Assembly (NCBI RefSeq): GCF_009914755.1
Contig: NC_060935.1
Length of the DNA: 64,000 bases
Reading direction: 5' to 3' (one strand)
From: the human T2T-CHM13v2.0 reference genome, Homo sapiens
Shown: in pieces, positions 28,431 to 40,145 of the stretch
Layout of the letters: each line of letters starts with the position of its first letter
How positions within the stretch are numbered: the stretch's first letter is position 1
Made by a program: the position numbers and the translations under genes
The notes under the pieces: model-generated
What the model saw: only the letters and a program-made list of their open reading frames with translations
Told to the model about the DNA's origin: nothing
The model's database searches: none

Positions 28431-29811
28431 GTGAGGAGACAACCCAGACCAGCCAGGGGCTGGCAGGAGTTCAGGAAGGGAGGGTCTGCCTAGCAGTCAG
28501 ACAGTGTCCCTGGTGAGGGCACAAGGACCCTGACAGTAGATGTCAGTGGGGTCCACCTTGGGCAAACTCCTATCTGCAACAGTGTCTTGAGGGCTCTGAA
28601 CACAGAATCTCTCTTATATCAAAGGAATTCTTGAGATTGACCACCCCCTCCTTCTTTTACTGAAGAGCTAACAAACATAGATACAACTTATGACAAGTTA
28701 CAGATAACACATAGCCTGCTTCTGGGCCTTAACTCCAATCTCTTCTTAAGGAGCCTGTTAACAGTCAGCCCAGATTGAATCTAGATCCATTGCCCTAATT
28801 CTGTCATTTACAGCCCCTCATCTGTGTTCCACCTCAGCGTGAGTCAGAGCACTCTCACTTCTTTGTGTCAGGACCTTTGGGCTGATTGCAGAAATTCTCA
28901 GTCTATTTGCAACAGTGCAAAGGTCAGCCTTTAAGTATAATCTTGCAACACCTATATCATGATGGCTCAAGCTTCAAGATTGCACTAAGCTGATTGCTGT
29001 GCAAAGGTCAGCTATCTGCTTCCCAAGCCATGACCCCTTTCTCTGCCTGATAGATCTACGCTATTCTGCCCTGATCTTATAGGATGCCATAAGGCAATGG
29101 GAAGGCACTGTATAGGCTGGACTGGTGTATGGCAGGGAAAAAAACCACTTCCAAGCCGAGGATAAAGAAAGCAAGCTTATCCCATGCAGGTCATTAATTC
29201 CTTGGCTCTGCCTAGAGGGAGGCTCTTAAACACCTCTCCCAGTGTTGCACTTTCACGATGGTTTATTGCTAGCTCATTTTGCCCACAATAAGCACTTTGG
29301 AGGGGAGTAAACCCTCCCCGTAGACTAAGTCATTCCTACAAACAGGCGGGAGGAAAGCTGGGACTGGCCTGTCAACATTGAAGCCTCTTTCTTGGGGCTG
29401 GGACTGGGGAGCTAAGCTGAGGAGCTGAGGTCCTTAACCTCCCCTTCCACAGGGAAGGATTGTTCCTCATACAAATGGATTATGATTTATCTTAAATTAT
29501 ATGTAGATTAAATTATATCTTATCTTAGATATATGCGTGTACATTTTTTAAACACCATCCTTTCCATACAAGCATCTTTCGAATGTATTTTCATGAGATA
29601 AAGAGTAATTCTGAGTGTCCCATGCACCTGGAAAAGAGGCATTTCCTCTTAGAGAACTTTGCCAGTTTAAGGATTTAGACCTCTTAGGTGTGCAGACAAC
29701 CTCAACTGCCTGACTCCTCTTGATTCCCGCTGGCGGGAAGTTCCCACCGCGCAGCCTGGCAGGCGCCCCTGCCACCGTGCACTGCTGCAGCGTTCACTCG
29801 GTGTGTTGCAG

Positions 29812-29982
29812 ACGGCTCCACCTGCACCATGTCCGAGTGGATCACCTGGTCGCCCTGCAGCATCTCCTGCGGCATGGGCATGAGGTCCCGGGAGAGGTAT
29901 GTGAAGCAGTTCCCGGAGGACGGCTCCGTGTGCACGCTGCCCACTGAGGAAACGGAGAAGTGCACGGTCAACGAGGAGTGCT
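29812..29982 (+). CDS. SPON1: F-spondin exon 12, TSR2 (WITWSPCSISCG)
   Basis: ttgcag/gtgagt boundaries; TSR motif. Confidence 0.97.
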
Positions 29983-30065
29983 GTGAGTGGGGGCCCCGGG
30001 CGGGCAGGCGGGCAAGTAGGTCGGGGAGGCAGCAGGTGCGACTCCAATGCCGCTGGCCTCCCCAG

Positions 30066-30233
30066 CTCCCAGCAGCTGCCTGATGACCGAGTGGGGCGAG
30101 TGGGACGAGTGCAGCGCCACCTGCGGCATGGGCATGAAGAAGCGGCACCGCATGATCAAGATGAACCCCGCAGATGGCTCCATGTGCAAAGCCGAGACAT
30201 CACAGGCAGAGAAGTGCATGATGCCAGAGTGCC
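30066..30233 (+). CDS. SPON1: F-spondin exon 13, TSR3 (WGEWDECSATCG)
   Basis: ccccag/gtgagt boundaries; TSR motif. Confidence 0.97.
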
Positions 30234-31119
30234 GTGAGTGAGAGCGGGGGTGGACTTGGAGGAGGCCACTGGGGACAGGCGTGGAGGGCCATGGCATCCA
30301 CTATTACCACCATAAAGGTCGGAGGCTGAGCAGAGGAAAGCATGGCCCATGGTCCTTGCTGGGCACTGCTGGGAGCCAGATGAGAGACATAGGTGTGTAG
30401 ACATCAACCAGACCCAGAGAGAGTAACCTCCACTGGGGGACATTCTAAGCAATGCTGGGGTGGCAAACTGGTGGCCTCTGGATAGAGAATTCACCTGCAG
30501 CTGTGTTTTATAGGAGTGTCTTTCTTGCAGTGGTGGGGAGGAGGGCCAATACATTTAGGCGGGACATACATTACCCAGGTCCAGCCCACTCCTCCCACTC
30601 CTGTTGTACATTGGACTTGGCTGATCCCATAAAGCATGACCTCCCCTGCTCTGTGCACAAATGCATATGGGCCTGCCCACACATTAGTATGCAGATGTAT
30701 ACAGGCACACAAGTATATACACATTCTAGGGAATTCAGGACAATGTCCAAAAATGCATCCCTGAGCCTCTCCTTTAGTGCCTGATTCTTAGTGAGTGTGG
30801 GATGTTTCTGTCTCTAGGAAGACCCTGCTAAGATCCTCAGTGGCCTTTCTAGTGGGGACTTATGTAGTCATATTGCTACCCTCATGTCATAACCATCGGG
30901 GGGGGTCAGCAGGGAGATGAAAGAGAGTGAAAAGAAGAGCAGTAGGCTGCTGAGCCACTTCTTGCTCCATAGATTTCACTCTTATTTGAACCCATGGGCC
31001 AATTCCACTTTATTCCAGGGGCCAAAGCAGGGGACTCGGTGTGGAACACTGTGGGGTCAGGGAGATCAACGAAAACAAAAGGAACCTGTTCTCAGTGGCA
31101 AACCTGGTTCTTGATCTAG

Positions 31120-31284
31120 ACACCATCCCATGCTTGCTGTCCCCATGGTCCGAGTGGAGTGACTGCAGCGTGACCTGCGGGAAGGGCATGCGAACCCGAC
31201 AGCGGATGCTCAAGTCTCTGGCAGAACTTGGAGACTGCAATGAGGATCTGGAGCAGGTGGAGAAGTGCATGCTCCCTGAATGCC
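31120..31284 (+). CDS. SPON1: F-spondin exon 14, TSR4 (WSEWSDCSVTCG)
   Basis: atctag/gtaagt boundaries; TSR motif. Confidence 0.97.
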
Positions 31285-33243
31285 GTAAGTCCTGGAGCTC
31301 CTCAAGGCCCATCACTTCTATGTTCCTGAGTCCAGGGAGCCCCGAACCAGCCAGTGCTAATACTGCTAGATCCTAGAATAACATGGTTTGCTGGGGAAGA
31401 GTTTGGGGTTTGGCTTTCAGTGTTTGCAGTTACTTAAACACTGCAGTCAGTTTCATTAATAAAGTGAGAATCCCACTACCGTCTACAGAACACCCAAAGT
31501 TAAGGTTCCTGTGAAGTCTAAATGACAGACACATACGAAAAACAGCACAAAGCTCAATAAACCTTAGTTCTTTCCCTCCTCTCCCCCAACAATTATAGGC
31601 TTGCCTGACCCATGGATTTTCCAAGCATTTTAATTCTATTTTCCCTGTGACCATTTTAATTCCCCATGACCAGAGGCTGGACATTAAATCAATGACTCCT
31701 GCAGACTGGTAAGAAAACCAGCAAGAAAACAAGCCAAGTTCTCAAAAACTCACCCCACCCCGCTCCACTCCCAGTCCTGTTTTCCAAAGTCTCTGCGATC
31801 AGCTGTTTATATTACATGGGACTAATCTCCAAGCAGAGCAAGCCAGTTTCCTTGGCTGGTCTTCCAAGAGCTGCTTTTTTGGGTGGTAAAAGGGCAGGCA
31901 CACTGGCTGTGGCTCTGGCCCCCTCCAGCATGTACTTGCAGTCGTTCATCCTCCCTCCCCTAGCTAGTAACCTTCAGCCGATGACTCAGCACCTCTGTTC
32001 CTCAGTTTCTCCATCTGTAAAATAGCAGGAAATACTTCCTAGGTTGCTCTGAGGATGAAACCAAGTAATTGGTCCAAAGTATGAGCACTGGACATGGCAA
32101 GGATAGGCCTTACTTAATCCCTGCTCCATGCTCCAGCTCCTGGGTTGTTTTAGGAGACTCAGCCATGGGTGAAGGTAACTTGGACCACCCACTAGAGAAA
32201 GCCTGGGGTTTTCAGTAACTAAGATTGGCCCATGGTTCAGGCCAGCTCACCAGAGTTGGGGCCCCATAGCCTTCTGACTTAGAGTGCCTGGGGTCCACTG
32301 AAGTAAGGGAGAAGAAAATGAAAATTTATGGAGCACTTACAGGGCTGGGAGCATCTCATTTAATCCTTACAACCTAATGAAAAAAAAAATACCATGATCC
32401 CCATTTTGCAGATAAGAAAGCTGCCTGAGCTTCCACAGGCGGGATAAAAGAACTGAAACTGTTGAACTAAATGAGGACATCTAAGTCCACCACCCTGACT
32501 TTGGCCTTGCAAGACCAACAGAGAGCTTGGAATAATTTACCTCCCTGGGACACATCCTGACAGTCAAACTGATGTGTTATTTTCCTTTCACATTTATGAG
32601 ATGCTGGCTTAGTAAGAATTTACTGGATCTCGATAAACCATAAAGCACCACTTGCTCCTGACCCTCTTCTCTACTGAATGTCCCATTTCTGGCTCCTGTG
32701 TTTTTTGCATAGACCACCATATATAGAACACAGGATGATGTTGAGAATGAAAAGCTGCCAGGGTGTGTTAGAACCACAATGTCCTTGGTATTGGTCCACA
32801 AGGGTCAGCCGCCTTTAGCTTGTTGACTTGTTCTCTCCAAAGAGCAGCAGGGGGCTTGCTGGCCTTGCTCTGAAAAATATCACCAGTGAGTTTGGGACTG
32901 TGGGAAGCTATTCTGTACTTGAGGCTGATCTGACAATATTCTAGTTCACAGAGCAGGGCAAGAGGCTCTGAACACATCCTGAAAGTCCTCCAAAGCCTTC
33001 TTGAGTCATAGAGGGAGCATAGAATGGGTGATGACCTGGCACCAATCCTGCCTCTGCTGCTTACCAACCACACGGGCTGAAGTCAGCCTGCCTCTTTGGA
33101 GCCTCAGTTTCTTCTTCTGTAAAATAGCATGACACAGCACCTGCTTTGCATCCCTCATAGGCTTGTTGAGATGTTCAAAGGAGAGCGTGACCATATCTTG
33201 TTTCAGACATGTGATACACTCATGCCCATCTGTGTCTTGCCAG

Positions 33244-33507
33244 CCATTGACTGTGAGCTCACCGAGTGGTCCCAGTGGTCGGAATGTAACAAGTCATGTG
33301 GGAAAGGCCACGTGATTCGAACCCGGATGATCCAAATGGAGCCTCAGTTTGGAGGTGCACCCTGCCCAGAGACTGTGCAGCGAAAAAAGTGCCGCATCCG
33401 AAAATGCCTTCGAAATCCATCCATCCAAAAGCTACGCTGGAGGGAGGCCCGAGAGAGCCGGCGGAGTGAGCAGCTGAAGGAAGAGTCTGAAGGGGAGCAG
33501 TTCCCAG
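33244..33507 (+). CDS. SPON1: F-spondin exon 15, TSR5 plus basic linker (WSQWSECNKSCG...RWREARESRR)
   Basis: ttgcag/gtatgg boundaries; TSR motif. Confidence 0.97.
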
Positions 33508-34277
33508 GTATGGCTCCCAAGTGTCAGCCTGGGTGGTCTCCAGGACAGGCAGGGTTCTGCACTGGGCTAAGTCTTGGACCTGTTTAAAAAAAAAAAAAAA
33601 AAAAAGTCGGGGAGAGTCTGCATCTTCTGGAGTCTTCAGGCCACATTTTGATTCTTTAGATCCAAGTTTGTTCCCAAATATTGAGCAAGCATAATTTATA
33701 AAGGAGATTGGCGGTGGGGGTCATTTATCAAAGAACATTTAGATAACCTAATTACCTGCCAAAAATAAATTTTCAAGCAAAGAATCTTTAGGAATTACAG
33801 TTCCTTCTTTACACACATATAAAACCAATAATGTGTCCAACTTTGCTCAAAGTCAGTTATGACTTAGCAACACCATTCACTCCTTGCAAAGAGGGAAAAT
33901 GATACAGATGTGTCAAAGGAGTCTTGTCTTGTTCATCATTTAGGGAATGTTCCTGAGAACCTCCCAGAACACATCATCTTCCATTTTAAGGGTGTGGCTC
34001 AGACAAGGCAGCCGTGGCCTGAGACTTTATGATTTTTTTTTGCAAGGCTAACCAGAAGTTTATCAGCAGTGTCATGTCAGCCTTGAGTTTTATTTCCCCA
34101 AATAATATTGATCCAAGCTGACAAATAACTAATAGAACAATGCACCAAGTGCTCAGGGAGCTGAGGAATGAGCATCATCTTACATTGACTGGAGTTCAGG
34201 GAGATGTCAGAGCAGGGAAAACTAGAGTGGGTCTTGAAAAATCTAGAGGAGTTTGCCACTTAGAAAAGTACATTCCA

Positions 34278-34580
<303 letters not shown>

Positions 34581-35464
34581 GAAAAGTACATTCCAGGCAG
34601 CAAGAATAGTCATTACAAAGGCACAGAGATGCCAAAGACCATGATAGGTCCAAGTGATAGGTCCAAGTGATAAATGGGATGCAGATGAAGCACAGAGGAC
34701 AAGGCAGGCAGGAAACCAGGCTGGGAAGGCAGGGACCAGACCACACAAGGCCAGTGGCCCACCAAGGATTTTGGGACCTGATTCTGTAGGTGGTTTTAAG
34801 CAAGAGGGTGACTGTATCAGACCTGTGTTGACTGATTTGGGGATGGCAAACAGACACAGAGGCCAGATAGGTTTTATTTGTAACACAAGAGAAAGATTAT
34901 ACATCCCCAAACTCCAGCTTAACTTCAGAGTTCCAGGACTTCAGAAGAAAAAGAAAATGCCTGCCAGGGACTTCAGTGCTGAAGGTGCCCATGTAAAAAA
35001 GTGAAGATTAACATGTACATCAAGTTTTCTGATTTTTAAAGGCCTATTCTTTTTGAAGCATGAGGATCTCCTTGATGGTTCAGGATCCTTATGATTAGGG
35101 AGCTGTTTGCATATCAAAGTGCTGTCTGTTCTACATGGTAGTCAGCCAGTCAACAAACATTCATTAAAGCCTACTATGTGGCAGGTACATAGTTGTACGG
35201 TACATTCCTCCATGACTCTTAGCTGTAGTGTGGTTAACAAATATCTCATGTGTAACCATAAATGTGGTGGGTTCTATAAAAGAGGAATCTAGAGTGCTAT
35301 GGAAGCAGTAATCAAAAGATCTAACCTAATTAATCTCTGGGGTCAGGGAAGTTTTCTTGGAGAGCAGCATGTTTATGCTGAGTAGGAAGAACAAAAATTG
35401 TACTTCTCTATACTTAGCATTTGGGAGCCAAGTACTTGGGGAGTAAGGCATAAGAGAAAGTGGT

Positions 35465-35900
35465 TTAGTGTTCCTTATATGGCTGCTGCATAAGCCATCC
35501 CAAAACAGTCTTTTTAAACAATCACTTAGCAAGATTCTGTGGATCAGTGATGTGAACTGGGTCCACTGGATGGTTCTTCTTGGGTCTAGTTTGGACTCAT
35601 TCATGTGGCTACTACTAGCTGGTGGCACAATTGGACCAGACCAGCCTCACCTGCGTATCTGGGGCCTCATGAGATGGCTGGGGCTTCTCTGCACATGGTC
35701 TCTCCAGTGGTCTAGCCAGGCTTGCTTACATGGTAGTAGAAGGGTCCTAGCAGCTTTTAGGCCTGTTTTTGCTCATGTCCCATTGGCCATGGCAAATCAT
35801 GTAGTCAAGCCCAGATTCAAGAGGTGGAGAAACAGAGTCTGCCTTTTGATGAGAAGAACCGTGAAGCATTTGTGGCCATTTTTTTGCAGTCAGTCACATA
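35465..35900. mobile_element. MLT1-type MaLR solo LTR remnant
   Basis: MLT1-like motifs, e.g. ccattggccatggcaaatcatgtagtcaagcccagattcaag. Confidence 0.55.
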
Positions 35901-36054
35901 CGACCTAACTGTCCCTAATAACGACTCTAACCAATCATTACATACTTGAGCAGAGGAGGAGCCCAGACAAGCACATTTCACAGTTCTACTAGAGTTCAGC
36001 ATCCCTGTTCCGTCCCGTTTCTGCGGGCCTAACAAGGCATTCTCATGCTTTCAG

Positions 36055-36218
36055 GTTGTAGGATGCGCCCATGGACGGCCTGGTCAGAATGCACCAAACT
36101 GTGCGGAGGTGGAATTCAGGAACGTTACATGACTGTAAAGAAGAGATTCAAAAGCTCCCAGTTTACCAGCTGCAAAGACAAGAAGGAGATCAGAGCATGC
36201 AATGTTCATCCTTGTTAG
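36055..36218 (+). CDS. SPON1: F-spondin last exon (16), TSR6 ending RACNVHPC-stop
   Basis: tttcag acceptor; WTAWSECTKLCGGG; TAG at 36216-36218. Confidence 0.97.
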
Positions 36219-38662
36219 CAAGGGTACGAGTTCCCCAGGGCTGCACTCTAGATTCCAGAGTCACCAATGGCTGGATTATTTGCTTGTTTAAGACAATTTA
36301 AATTGTGTACGCTAGTTTTCATTTTTGCAGTGTGGTTCGCCCAGTAGTCTTGTGGATGCCAGAGACATCCTTTCTGAATACTTCTTGATGGGTACAGGCT
36401 GAGTGGGGCGCCCTCACCTCCAGCCAGCCTCTTCCTGCAGAGGAGTAGTGTCAGCCACCTTGTACTAAGCTGAAACATGTCCCTCTGGAGCTTCCACCTG
36501 GCCAGGGAGGACGGAGACTTTGACCTACTCCACATGGAGAGGCAACCATGTCTGGAAGTGACTATGCCTGAGTCCCAGGGTGCGGCAGGTAGGAAACATT
36601 CACAGATGAAGACAGCAGATTCCCCACATTCTCATCTTTGGCCTGTTCAATGAAACCATTGTTTGCCCATCTCTTCTTAGTGGAACTTTAGGTCTCTTTT
36701 CAAGTCTCCTCAGTCATCAATAGTTCCTGGGGAAAAACAGAGCTGGTAGACTTGAAGAGGAGCATTGATGTTGGGTGGCTTTTGTTCTTTCACTGAGAAA
36801 TTCGGAATACATTTGTCTCACCCCTGATATTGGTTCCTGATGCCCCCCCAACAAAAATAAATAAATAAATTATGGCTGCTTTATTTAAATATAAGGTAGC
36901 TAGTTTTTACACCTGAGATAAATAATAAGCTTAGAGTGTATTTTTCCCTTGCTTTTGGGGGTTCAGAGGAGTATGTACAATTCTTCTGGGAAGCCAGCCT
37001 TCTGAACTTTTTGGTACTAAATCCTTATTGGAACCAAGACAAAGGAAGCAAAATTGGTCTCTTTAGAGACCAATTTGCCTGAATTTTAAAATCTTCCTAC
37101 ACACATCTAGACTTTCAAGTTTGCAAATCAGTTTTTAGCAAGAAAACATTTTTGCTATACAAACATTTTGCTAAGTCTGCCCAAAGCCCCCCCAATGCAT
37201 TCCTTCAACAAAATACAATCTCTGTACTTTAAAGTTATTTTAGTCATGAAATTTTATATGCAGAGAGAAAAAGTTACCGAGACAGAAAACAAATCTAAGG
37301 GAAAGGAATATTATGGGATTAAGCTGAGCAAGCAATTCTGGTGGAAAGTCAAACCTGTCAGTGCTCCACACCAGGGCTGTGGTCCTCCCAGACATGCATA
37401 GGAATGGCCACAGGTTTACACTGCCTTCCCAGCAATTATAAGCACACCAGATTCAGGGAGACTGACCACCAAGGGATAGTGTAAAAGGACATTTTCTCAG
37501 TTGGGTCCATCAGCAGTTTTTCTTCCTGCATTTATTGTTGAAAACTATTGTTTCATTTCTTCTTTTATAGGCCTTATTACTGCTTAATCCAAATGTGTAC
37601 CATTGGTGAGACACATACAATGCTCTGAATACACTACGAATTTGTATTAAACACATCAGAATATTTCCAAATACAACATAGTATAGTCCTGAATATGTAC
37701 TTTTAACACAAGAGAGACTATTCAATAAAAACTCACTGGGTCTTTCATGTCTTTAAGCTAAGTAAGTGTTCAGAAGGTTCTTTTTTATATTGTCCTCCAC
37801 CTCCATCATTTTCAATAAAAGATAGGGCTTTTGCTCCCTTGTTCTTGGAGGGACCATTATTACATCTCTGAACTACCTTTGTATCCAACATGTTTTAAAT
37901 CCTTAAATGAATTGCTTTCTCCCAAAAAAAGCACAATATAAAGAAACACAAGATTTAATTATTTTTCTACTTGGGGGGAAAAAAAGTCCTCATGTAGAAG
38001 CACCCACTTTTGCAATGTTGTTCTAAGCTATCTATCTATCTCTCAGCCCATGATAAAGTTCCTTAAGCTGGTGATTCCTAATCAAGGACAAGCCACCCTA
38101 GTGTCTCATGTTTGTATTTGGTCCCAGTTGGGTACATTTTAAAATCCTGATTTTGGAGACTTAAAACCAGGTTAATGGCTAAGAATGGGTAACATGACTC
38201 TTGTTGGATTGTTATTTTTTGTTTGCAATGGGGAATTTATAAGAAGCATCAAGTCTCTTTCTTACCAAAGTCTTGTTAGGTGGTTTATAGTTCTTTTGGC
38301 TAACAAATCATTTTGGAAATAAAGATTTTTTACTACAAAAATGAAATTTGTTTGGACTTCCACTTGAGACAGTAAAGAGAGTATTAGACACCCAGTAAAA
38401 ACTGCCATATAAAGAAGTTGTAATTGTTTGTTGTGTATGTATTTTTTTCAATGCCAAACCAGCTGTGATCCAATTTACATCCACATTTTAGGTCCAACAG
38501 CAAGAAGTTCAGAGAGAGATTTCCCAACCAGACATTGGGTCACTCACTGGTCACCTTGCCAGTGCATTTTATTAGAAGGGAATCTGTTGTAGCAAATGGG
38601 AATAAACCTGGGTTTCTATAGACCCAGAACTGAAAAAATAAACATCGTGCTGTTTTTAATTT
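36219..38662 (+). other. SPON1: SPON1 3' UTR with several poly(A) signals
   Basis: Repeat-free AT-rich sequence after the stop. AATAAA at 36856, 37724, 37814, 38318, 38601 and 38637; the end is estimated from the distal signal. Confidence 0.75.
38637..38642 (+). terminator. Distal SPON1 polyadenylation signal AATAAA
   Basis: Last AATAAA of the UTR cluster, followed by T-rich sequence, just before the LTR. Confidence 0.65.
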
Positions 38663-38797
38663 GAACTTTGCATATTGAACATATTTTAGGGATACTCAAA
38701 GTCTATGTACTCCCTCCAGGAAGTAAGGATACATTACACATTCTCACACAACTATAGCTCTCCAGAAATAGTCCAGGTCAAGGGCATGGCTAAAATG

Positions 38798-39233
38798 TGC
38801 TATGGCTTGAGTTTGTTCCCACCAAAACTCACGCTTGAAATTTGATCCCCAAGGTGGCCGCGCTGGGAGGTGGGCCTAGTGGGAAGGGTTTGGGTCATGC
38901 AGGCATATCCCTCATGAATGGCTTGGTACCATTGTAGTGAAGTAGTTCTCTCTCTAGACTGACTTAGTTCTCACAGAATTGTTCCCAAGGGAGTAGGTTG
39001 TTACGAAGCCAGGATGCCCCTTGGTTTTGCCTCTTCAAACACATCCATGTCCCCTTTGACCTTCCCCGCTATGACACAGCATGAAAAGCCCTCAACAGAA
39101 ATGGAGCAGATGCTGGCAACATGCTTCTTGTACTTCCTAGCCTGAAGAATCATGAGCTAAATAAAATAAACCTTTTTTCTTTATAAATTACCCAGCCTAA
39201 GGTATTGTTATAGCAACATTAAAAGGACTAAGA
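38798..39233 (+). mobile_element. MST-family MaLR solo LTR
   Basis: tgctatgg start, ataaattacccagcc...actaagat end, internal AATAAA. Confidence 0.8.
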
Positions 39234-39326
39234 TGAGTATCAATACACAAAAATTCTCAAAGTCAAATTATTTCTGTGACTTATTTCTGTTTAGTCCACA
39301 TTTCAGACAATGGTTAAAAAATAAAA

Positions 39327-39618
<292 letters not shown>

Positions 39619-39646
39619 AAAAAAAATAATGTTTTAAATAAAAAAT

Positions 39647-40145
<499 letters not shown>

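Noticed and set aside
33508-33605. Intron 15 read-through isoform (…FPGMAPKCQPGW…LGPV-stop) lacking TSR6
   Set aside because: The stop runs into a genomic A~20 tract with no upstream AATAAA, so any cDNA ending here would most likely be oligo-dT internal priming.
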